Shown here piece by piece: positions 20,319-27,011 of a DNA stretch of 64,000 nt. The notes beneath the pieces were generated by a model. It had not been told where the DNA came from, did not search any database, and saw nothing but the letters and a program-made list of their open reading frames with translations. The DNA is from Escherichia phage slur16, in the sequence record NC_028248.1; one strand, written 5' to 3'. The position numbers and the translations under genes were made by a program. Every line of letters starts with the position of its first letter. Positions within the stretch are counted from its first letter, which is position 1.

Positions 20319-20637
20319 CGTTTATGTTCGGGCAAGGTCGCTAGTCTTGCCCCGCCATTTTCAGGCAGCTGCATGTCTCCATGCAGACCAGACTATATCT
20401 TATAAGCGACAACAACCGCTTATCCTCCCGTTTCGAATCGCTTGATTCTACGTCTTTCGACTAGTCGTTGAACGTTCATCCTCTCGGATGCTTCGCTGCG
20501 GATTATCTAAATTAACACACTGTTACCATACCTTCGATCTCTCTTCGAAGCCTCTATCATGTTACCATGACAGGTTGGTGGTATTAATAGTAAAGATTTC
20601 CCCGCAATTAGGGAGGTTTTACGAGAGCTACAAATTA
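20319..20637 (-). mobile_element. group I self-splicing intron (ORF-less) in terL
   Basis: Minus-sense conserved elements in order: P AAUUGCGGGGAA (20609-20598), Q AAUCCGCAGC (20504-20495), R GUUCAACGACUAGUC (20473-20459), S AAGAUAUAGUCUGG (20401-20388); no ORF; splits Walker ATPase from nuclease domain. Confidence 0.8.
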
Positions 20638-21063
20638 ACCCTCATCGAAGCAAACCATGGTGTACTCAAGCCCTTGATGGTTAAGCTTATCTTGTACATA
20701 CTCCATGTGGCAGTATTTTACAACAGCTCCCTTTTTGCTTCTATCCCACTTGCCAGTGTTCGGATCAAACCGTGGAAAAATGAACTTATGATCCTTCTCT
20801 CTGAACTTTGGCTTAATGTTTTCAGGCAGATCACTATAAATAGCTACCGCTTTAGGCCATAGTCCACCCTCACCTTCCAACTGCGGGGTTGTTCTTCGGA
20901 ACATAACCACAGAGCTGTGGGGGTCATCAATAATTTTAAGTGGCATCAATTGCAAGAGGAACGACTTGCCAGACCCTGCGGCACCGCCGATTACCAAAAT
21001 ATCTGCATCGTTTTCGAGGATCATCTTCTGCTTTTCAGAACACGGTCCGTAAATCTTAGACAT
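20638..21063 (-). CDS. terL: terminase large subunit, exon 1 (ATPase domain)
   Basis: Walker A GGAAGSGKS and Walker B-like VCFDE; ORF-track stop at 20635 lies in intron sequence. Confidence 0.8.
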
Positions 21064-21350
21064 TAACCGCTCTCCTTTGGAAACAGTGTTCTAATATAGT
21101 CTTGCAAAATGATCAATTTAGCTCTATCATTGCTACAAGACAGATTATTATCCCTCATAATGCCAGAATTCACTGCATCTGGCGCACCTTTCTTCAAAGG
21201 CATAGCTTTAGCAGGTGGTTTCATGGCACCTTCCGGGGGTTTAACAATCAACCTTCCTACATCCGGAGGGTCAATCTTGTATTCTCTCTCAACGTTGGTT
21301 GCACACCCACATAATAACAAGCACACAATAAACAGTGTAGCAACTCTCAT
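21063..21350 (-). CDS. o-spanin (outer-membrane lipoprotein, Rz1-like)
   Basis: 95 aa; signal peptide with lipobox LLLCGC; Pro-rich mature region; coupled to upstream i-spanin. Confidence 0.65.
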   Translation of the reverse strand: MRVATLFIVCLLLCGCATNVEREYKIDPPDVGRLIVKPPEGAMKPPAKAMPLKKGAPDAVNSGIMRDNNLSCSNDRAKLIILQDYIRTLFPKESG

Positions 21351-21745
21351 CGATCCTCCTGATTGATACTCTCATTATAAATATCTATAAGCTGATCAGG
21401 GAGTGTTGACTTCTTGCCTTCAGGTGACTGGAGGTAGATAATCTGCTTTTCTTTACCTGCCTTCTCAGCCATATTTAATTTATCCTGCAGATCAGAAAGG
21501 GATTTTTCAAGGTTTTTAACCTCCTCTGCGTGGCCCATTTTAATTTTGTCGGCCTGCTTTTGTTGCTGATCAAGGATCCGTTCCCACTTTAACTCTGTTG
21601 CTGACACACCCTCTTGGTAGGCTTCATTAAGCTTAAAGTTAAACCAATATACGGCTCCAAGATAAGCTGTACCTAGCGCAGCTGCAAAAACTAAACCTTT
21701 TATGATCCCTCTATACCTACTCAGCCATGTTAAAACTGAAATCAT
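21347..21745 (-). CDS. i-spanin (Rz-like)
   Basis: 132 aa; N-terminal transmembrane segment (LVFAAALGTAYLGAVYWF) then charged coiled-coil-like periplasmic domain; overlaps o-spanin start. Confidence 0.65.
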   Translation of the reverse strand: MISVLTWLSRYRGIIKGLVFAAALGTAYLGAVYWFNFKLNEAYQEGVSATELKWERILDQQQKQADKIKMGHAEEVKNLEKSLSDLQDKLNMAEKAGKEKQIIYLQSPEGKKSTLPDQLIDIYNESINQEDR

Positions 21746-21850
21746 TTTAAGGCTCCAGAAACGAAAAAACCCCGCAGCTATACAGCTAACGGGGCGGGTT
21801 AAAATTGAGTAACCTAAATAGATCGAAACTAACTAAAAGGAGACTAATAC

Positions 21851-22120
21851 TTATCGAGGCACTCGGTGGATGATTCTAACAGTAACTGCATTTTCATTCA
21901 TCAAGTATGCATCTACATCTCTGTAAATATAAAACTTCTGCTCACTATCAACAACACAAGCTACCGCCCCTTCAGAGTTGTCTTCAAAAAAGACCACCAC
22001 TGCATCGCAGCTGAGTTCATGATATGACTCTCGAAGATTTACAGCCAGAGGATTGAAATCGTCACGAAAATCTACGGTATGGGTTGGATTTACACGCTCT
22101 ACAATTTTAAGTGTATACAT
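21851..22120 (-). CDS. hypothetical protein
   Basis: Start moved to internal ATG 22120 (AGGAA RBS 8 nt upstream) so it does not overlap tRNA-Pro. Confidence 0.45.
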   Translation of the reverse strand: MYTLKIVERVNPTHTVDFRDDFNPLAVNLRESYHELSCDAVVVFFEDNSEGAVACVVDSEQKFYIYRDVDAYLMNENAVTVRIIHRVPR

Positions 22121-22166
22121 TTTAAAGGTTCCTTTTGTTTGTATATGTTTAAAGTATAACTGAAAG

Positions 22167-22243
22167 TGGTCTCCACGGAGTGATTCGAACACTCGACCTC
22201 CTGATCCCAAATCAGGCGCTCTACCAAGCTGAGCTACGCGGAG
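22167..22243 (-). tRNA. tRNA-Pro (anticodon UGG)
   Basis: Cloverleaf with C1:G72, anticodon loop UUUGGGA, T-arm GAGUG-UUCGAAU-CACUC, CCA encoded. Confidence 0.85.
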
Positions 22244-22254
22244 TATTTATTATT

Positions 22255-22329
22255 TGGTGGCCCTGGGTGGAATTGAACCACCGTCTGGCGATTATGAGTC
22301 GCTTGCTTGAACCTTCCAGCTACAGGGCC
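22255..22329 (-). tRNA. tRNA-Met (anticodon CAU; elongator, initiator or Ile-lysidine type not resolved)
   Basis: Acceptor GGCCCUG/CAGGGCC, anticodon loop CUCAUAA, T-arm GGUGG-UUCAAUU-CCACC, CCA encoded. Confidence 0.8.
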
Positions 22330-22330
22330 A

Positions 22331-22406
22331 TGGTGCTGATGGCAGGACTTGAACCTGCAACCTATTGATTACAAATCAATTGCACTACCAATTGTGCTAC
22401 ATCAGC
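22331..22406 (-). tRNA. tRNA-Thr (anticodon UGU)
   Basis: Acceptor GCUGAUG/CAUCAGC, anticodon stem AUUGA/UCAAU with loop UUUGUAA, T-arm GCAGG-UUCAAGU-CCUGC, CCA encoded. Confidence 0.85.
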
Positions 22407-22412
22407 AAAAAA

Positions 22413-22511
22413 GGTGCTAGGTGATGGAATCGAACCACCTATGTATTCAACGACTACCTCGTCTATTTTCAGGATTAAAAATCCTCGCCCTTGCCAAAGG
22501 GCTTACCTAGC
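22413..22511 (-). tRNA. aberrant tRNA-like gene (possible pseudo-tRNA; Lys-UUU-like anticodon loop but oversized variable region)
   Basis: Perfect 7 bp acceptor GCUAGGU/ACCUAGC, D-arm GCCC-UUUGGCAA-GGGC and T-arm GGUGG-UUCGAUU-CCAUC, but ~47 nt between D- and T-arms; only CC encoded at 3' end. Confidence 0.3.
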
Positions 22512-22609
22512 TCAGTATGTTGACCATGTTGCTAGTCGGCGATGACGACTGTAACATTTGATAATCCGGTTCTGCTTCCGGCTTTCGCTTAATTACAAGG
22601 TCAACAATA

Positions 22610-22700
22610 TGGCTGAGGGTAATGGAATCGAACCATCATCGAGTCATCCTCAACGGGACGGTTTTCAAGACCGCTTGAGCACCATTGCTCCCTACCCTCA
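22610..22700 (-). tRNA. tRNA-Ser (anticodon UGA), type II with long variable arm
   Basis: Anticodon arm GCGGUCUUGAAAACCGU nearly identical to E. coli tRNA-Ser(UGA); T-arm GAUGG-UUCGAUU-CCAUU; discriminator G; CCA encoded; position 1 is U. Confidence 0.8.
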
Positions 22701-22814
22701 TTTATAAACAATACTGATAATGACACTGATTTTCGAGCAGTTAGTGACTAGTATAAACGACGATAAATATCAATGCCATTATCTGTATGATTTATGCATT
22801 TAAAACTATAAATT

Positions 22815-22901
22815 TGGTGGGGAGTGGTGGAGTCGAACCACCCGAGTCGTAATGACAATAGATTTACAGTCTACACCGCTACCTCTACGGGATAACTCCC
22901 C
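22815..22901 (-). tRNA. tRNA-Tyr (anticodon GUA), type II
   Basis: Acceptor GGGGAGU/ACUCCCC; anticodon region AGACUGUAAAUCU as in E. coli tRNA-Tyr; long variable arm; T-arm GGUGG-UUCGACU-CCACC; CCA encoded. Confidence 0.85.
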
Positions 22902-22905
22902 AATT

Positions 22906-22980
22906 TGGCACCCCGTACTGGACTCGAACCAGTGTCAACGGCTTAGAAGGCCGCTGCTTTATCCACTAAGCTAACAGGGC
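22906..22980 (-). tRNA. tRNA-Arg (anticodon UCU)
   Basis: D-arm GCUU-AGUGGAUA-AAGC, anticodon stem GCGGC/GCCGU with loop CUUCUAA, T-arm ACUGG-UUCGAGU-CCAGU, CCA encoded. Confidence 0.8.
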
Positions 22981-23076
22981 ACTGGGTGGCTTTCTTTTAC
23001 ACCTTAGCCGCCAGAAAAGGTGGGAGACCATGTTTACAATATTACACTGTTAAGCAAAGTTTGTCAAGAAAATATT

Positions 23077-23415
23077 TTAGCTATTGCTAACAGGTTGTAT
23101 TTCTGTGGTAAATGGCATAAAAGGTGCTGGTTTTTCAGCCTCTTCTACTACCACCTCTTCCTCTTCACCAAACATCTCATCATATTCTTCCTGCATTCGG
23201 TCTGCCTTATCAAGAACATACTCTGCAATGCTTTGACGAATATTTTGTTTGGTTTTCGGGTCCAACATCAGCTCTCTTAGAACTTTGTGAGCTTCTGGAA
23301 CCATCGCTATAAAAGATTCCTTCATATCGAGGATGTTCTTCTCTAGCTGAATGGCGTTGGACTCCTCTTTCAGAGGTCTGCCTCTACGGCGACGCTTTTT
23401 AGTTGTATCCGCCAT
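23077..23415 (-). CDS. small basic protein with AT-hook-like RGRP motif
   Basis: Start at ATG 23415 with GGAGGA RBS; N-terminal KKRRRRGRP, acidic C-terminus; ORF-track upstream extension has no RBS. Confidence 0.45.
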   Translation of the reverse strand: MADTTKKRRRRGRPLKEESNAIQLEKNILDMKESFIAMVPEAHKVLRELMLDPKTKQNIRQSIAEYVLDKADRMQEEYDEMFGEEEEVVVEEAEKPAPFMPFTTEIQPVSNS

Positions 23416-23763
23416 GTTTCCTCCATTATCACGTGATAGGTGGATTTTATCATAGCAAATACTGATTGTCAAGTTCGCCGCAGGGTGGTATTCCCTGCGA
23501 CTTGTCCAGCGTCCTGGACCAGCAAGACCCAACAAGTGGGTTTTCCAGCTATACCCATTACCGCGCACAGGCTCGACCTTATTACAGGTTGGCTGGGGTC
23601 ACATCGTCATGTGCTGGCTGCCCCTACCATTTTAAGTGTGGTGCACTATCAAGCCCTCTAAGGGGAACTCAGCTTTCTCCGAACCCTGTTTCAAAGCATC
23701 CGGAGATAAAGCCATCAAATTCATCTTTAAATTGGATATTCATCATGATACACGAAAACAACC

Positions 23764-24006
23764 TCATTGTAAAGCACAAATAAATAAAACATACTTGATT
23801 TGTTTGTTATCGGGCTCAGGGTAGAAGTAGAAGATCTTGCTATCACCGATCTGAACACCACCATCCCAACAGCATAGCCCATAACCCGTATTCATACAAG
23901 CTAAGTCGTTGGCAAAATCTATTGCATCATCCAGTGCACGAAATTCACCTTCATCTTCTAAATAATCCTCATTCATGGAACGAAAAACGAGCTTAACCTT
24001 AAACAT
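23764..24006 (-). CDS. hypothetical protein
   Basis: 80 aa ORF in minus-strand gene string. Confidence 0.35.
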   Translation of the reverse strand: MFKVKLVFRSMNEDYLEDEGEFRALDDAIDFANDLACMNTGYGLCCWDGGVQIGDSKIFYFYPEPDNKQIKYVLFICALQ

Positions 24007-24082
24007 AGCATTACCTGTAGACCTCGTAAGTTAAAATTGTATCACATCATATTGCAGATCTTATCAGGTAACATTATTTTTG

Positions 24083-24292
24083 TCAACAGATTCCGGCCTT
24101 ATCCCTCCTGTCTGCGTATTCTTTAATCGCAACCTCATCTGCATTGGTGACTAAATCTTCAAAGTAACTCTCAAGCTCCTCGTCAATGTCAGGAAACCAA
24201 CTCTTTTTCCTGTCAGTGTGAATCGCAGACTTGTTGAATTTATTACAGTTCTTTGCTACCGGATTGTTCATTAATCGCCCCTCAGCGTTCAT
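24083..24292 (-). CDS. hypothetical protein
   Basis: 69 aa ORF overlapping upstream gene end by 11 nt. Confidence 0.35.
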   Translation of the reverse strand: MNAEGRLMNNPVAKNCNKFNKSAIHTDRKKSWFPDIDEELESYFEDLVTNADEVAIKEYADRRDKAGIC

Positions 24293-24860
24293 AGTAAATC
24301 TTATTTAACATTACCTCATCCTTTGCAGAAAGAATACCGAGATATGCATCACCGAACCTACCTGCAACAACCTCTACATGATACATAACTTCGTTAATAT
24401 CGTCAAGAGTGATAACTGGATGACCGTACCTCTCTGAGTATTGTCTCAGAGTGCGATGTAGGGAATCATCATCGTAGGCAGACTTTTTAATATCACAAAC
24501 ACGACGAATAGCCTTGATGTCGAAAAACCCTGTGCGATACCAACCAAGAAAAAGGTTTCGTACAGTGTCAACACCTACATCAACACCGTCAAGAACCTTA
24601 TCTACAAGATAGCTGTCATCCTTTGGACCTGCTTCCTTAGTTCGAATGTAGTTGCCATCTTTTCCTGGTGACAGCTCCTTCTCATCACCAACCTGAATGC
24701 CATCATTTGGCGGTGTTAACCACTTATCCGGATGCTTACGATCACGAGCGTTAGAATGATTACGCTGGAAACCTGGCTTCCACTTGAAAGTTTTCTCCAT
24801 CTGTTCTTCATTCTGATAACGTTTTGCAATCTTTTCACGGTCATCTTTGCGTGGACTCAT
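24282..24860 (-). CDS. hypothetical protein
   Basis: 192 aa ORF with strong RBS (GAGGAGG 5 nt before ATG at 24860). Confidence 0.5.
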   Translation of the reverse strand: MSPRKDDREKIAKRYQNEEQMEKTFKWKPGFQRNHSNARDRKHPDKWLTPPNDGIQVGDEKELSPGKDGNYIRTKEAGPKDDSYLVDKVLDGVDVGVDTVRNLFLGWYRTGFFDIKAIRRVCDIKKSAYDDDSLHRTLRQYSERYGHPVITLDDINEVMYHVEVVAGRFGDAYLGILSAKDEVMLNKIYYER

Positions 24861-25365
24861 AGCTGCCTCCTCTTCAAGTTATAGAAAAACTCACTGTATC
24901 GCTTTGTAACGAGCTTTTCTATCAAACTGGTGCGATTGCCTTACCTGGTATAGTTTATATAGCTGTGGAGCGATTTAGGGGCCTTCTTGTCCGTTTCCAC
25001 ACATAAACTTCATCCAAGCTCGCGCGGGAGACTCTCAACCGACTCCTTACGGCGCTGGCAAGCTTTCGTCGGTGGTCCACATCAGTGCTCGGCCTTTGGC
25101 CTGCGCTATCGCTTCGCTCCCACACATGTTAACAGACCTTCATGTATGCACTTCTGTTATTGTGTGCACCAAGGAGGCCCGGCATCTCGCCCCTCGTAGG
25201 CGAGTGCCAATGAAGGGCCGACACTACCTATAGTAAGTAATAAATTTAAAACATGGTACTTAGGATCTAGTATATTCTACATAAGTTAAGTATATGTATT
25301 TAGTACCATAAGTACTAGATCTTTTATTTTTTTTATTATTTAGTTATTTTAGTTATATTCTTTAT

Positions 25366-25448
25366 GTGTCCGTATCACGGACAGTTAGTGTCCGTATTAC
25401 GGACAGATGTGTCCGCGTGACGGACAGTAGTGTCCGTATCACGGACAG
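25366..25448. repeat. four tandem palindromic sites (core TGTCCGT-NNN-ACGGACA), spacing 21-22 bp
   Basis: Copies at 25366-25384, 25388-25406, 25409-25427, 25430-25448; copies 1 and 4 identical; flanked by AT-rich DNA (25321-25365). Confidence 0.9.
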
Positions 25449-25522
25449 TTACTAACCTCTGTTCCAGAGTGAACATAAAACATACGAATCCTTATAGTAC
25501 AGATATTTAAGTTTTTACTGGT

Positions 25523-25873
25523 CTAACCAGTTGTTGACATTCGAATAACTTCTTCTGGTGGCAAAACTTTGGAAAATGTGCATCTTTTACCTCTCCCTTG
25601 TGTGGATATTTCAACCACTCCTGCACATTCTAAAGTTTTAACGCACGCTGCTGCTTTTGTTTTCTTTATCCCAATATCTGCTGCAATTTTCCTTGTGCTG
25701 GGCGTGAAGCGTGAATTTCCTCCAAGCTTATACCAGTTGTGCAGGTAGCAGTATACGATCTTGTCATATAAGTCAAGAACAACAACCTCACCAGTTGTGT
25801 CATTCAAAACTTTTGACATAGACAGTATTTCAAGGGGGACTTTAAGATATAGCAGCTTATCCCCATCTTTCAT
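25523..25873 (-). CDS. winged-helix / HTH DNA-binding protein
   Basis: 116 aa; segment FTPSTRKIAADIGIKKTKAAACVKTLECAGVVEI resembles a winged-helix recognition unit; ends ~75 bp from the palindrome array. Confidence 0.45.
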   Translation of the reverse strand: MKDGDKLLYLKVPLEILSMSKVLNDTTGEVVVLDLYDKIVYCYLHNWYKLGGNSRFTPSTRKIAADIGIKKTKAAACVKTLECAGVVEISTQGRGKRCTFSKVLPPEEVIRMSTTG

Positions 25874-25920
25874 ATCTCCTGATTCTCCTTGTGTGGCAAT
25901 TTTCTTTAAAATAGCAGGGA

Positions 25921-26475
25921 TTACTCCACGCTGTCAATAGCAAGACTCATTGCAATACGGTATGCCTCTTCTAATGGTAAGAGTCTCCCCCACACATCCC
26001 AACCGACATCAAACTGCCTGCCAAACAACTGCTGTGTGGTTCCGTGAGCATGACCGAACAGTTGGACCGATCCGTGAGGCTTTCTGTTCCACTTTGCAAA
26101 CTGGTAATGGCTCATACAGATCAAATTCTTGTTGTGGCGAAGCTCGTAATAATCTACAACCTCATGACCGAACTCTTTCATAATTCTGACAGTCGTCCTT
26201 GTGTCATGGTTACCACGAACAAGAATAATATGTCCGTTCAACATATTTAGAACATCTGGGAGCAATTTGTTAATATTCTTATCATTAGTGCACGCAATAT
26301 CTCCTAAGTGAAACACAGTGTCTGCAGGTGACACAACAGAGTTCCACTTGGTGATGATCCCCGCATTCATACTGTCAAGATTGTGATCATACTGAGATCT
26401 GTGTTTTTGACATGAGTCAAACTCCATGACCCGCTGGTGGAGAAAGTGTGTGTCGCTTGTTACAAAGTATTTCAT
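25921..26475 (-). CDS. calcineurin-like metallophosphoesterase (candidate RNA-repair phosphatase)
   Basis: Motifs DTHF, GDIACTND, GNHD, GHAHG; start set to ATG 26475 (GAGGAA RBS) just after the kinase stop. Confidence 0.65.
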   Translation of the reverse strand: MKYFVTSDTHFLHQRVMEFDSCQKHRSQYDHNLDSMNAGIITKWNSVVSPADTVFHLGDIACTNDKNINKLLPDVLNMLNGHIILVRGNHDTRTTVRIMKEFGHEVVDYYELRHNKNLICMSHYQFAKWNRKPHGSVQLFGHAHGTTQQLFGRQFDVGWDVWGRLLPLEEAYRIAMSLAIDSVE

Positions 26476-26482
26476 ACATTCC

Positions 26483-26950
26483 TCATTTAAGTTTAATGCA
26501 GTTTTTAAGCTGGCGTTCCATACGATCCACAACCCTGTCTGGAACATCATGAATGCTTTTACTACCATGGCGGTTTTCAACCACGATTACGGTATAACTA
26601 TACCTATGACTGATCGCCATGTCAATATATTCTTGCACATATTTTTCTTTTGTAAATGTATTACTTACCACGATACGGTCGTATCCCATACGCATCATAT
26701 CTTCTACGTTATCTTTGCACCATTTTGCTGCAAGTGTTACTTTACTTGCATCCCAGTTGTAATTTCCATCATCGTCGTACCAGAACATGTCGTTCTCAAA
26801 ATGTGGATACAGACCTTCTAAAGATAGCGCACTTGCCAGTGTTGATTTGCCAGACCCTGGTAGACCACGCACGATATATAGCATTTTAGACATAGTAATC
26901 CTCCGTTTTAATTTCAACGATAGTATACCTAACTGTTTTGTTAATTTCAA
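26483..26950 (-). CDS. polynucleotide 5'-kinase, P-loop (T4 Pnk kinase-domain-like)
   Basis: Walker A GLPGSGKST near N-terminus; ~150 aa kinase-only size; adjacent to phosphoesterase and RNA ligase. Confidence 0.6.
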   Translation of the reverse strand: MKLTKQLGILSLKLKRRITMSKMLYIVRGLPGSGKSTLASALSLEGLYPHFENDMFWYDDDGNYNWDASKVTLAAKWCKDNVEDMMRMGYDRIVVSNTFTKEKYVQEYIDMAISHRYSYTVIVVENRHGSKSIHDVPDRVVDRMERQLKNCIKLK

Positions 26951-27011
26951 GTGTTGACACTAGGTTATTTGTGTGGCAGGATAGACTGACAAAATGACAA
27001 ATGAGGAACGT

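Noticed and set aside
20286-20634. Intergenic spacer between two separately translated terminase subunit genes
   Set aside because: The two ORFs are consecutive domains of one large terminase, and the spacer carries the four conserved group I intron elements in correct order on the coding strand.
22413-22511. tRNA-Sec or tmRNA interpretation of the oversized tRNA-like gene
   Set aside because: No UCA anticodon loop, acceptor stem is 7 not 8 bp, and the length (~97 nt) is far short of tmRNA; left as an aberrant tRNA-like gene.
22519-22606. Additional tRNA between the tRNA-like gene and tRNA-Ser
   Set aside because: Has a 7 bp acceptor-like inverted repeat but no T-loop (GTTCRANYC) or anticodon arm on either strand.
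24987-25199. Plus-strand ORF in the GC-rich island (70 aa)
   Set aside because: No RBS, Ser/Arg/Pro/Cys-rich composition typical of a random frame in GC-rich structured DNA, and opposite in orientation to all neighbouring genes.
25366-25448. Possible CRISPR array (four regular repeats)
   Set aside because: Repeats are 19 bp palindromes separated by only 2-3 bp, with no unique spacers of 25-40 bp and no cas genes; a protein-binding site array fits better.
26953-26990. Promoter call for rnlA from TTGACA at 26954
   Set aside because: No acceptable -10 hexamer at 16-19 nt spacing (only CAGGAT/GATAGA); divergent promoters probably exist here but I cannot place them confidently.
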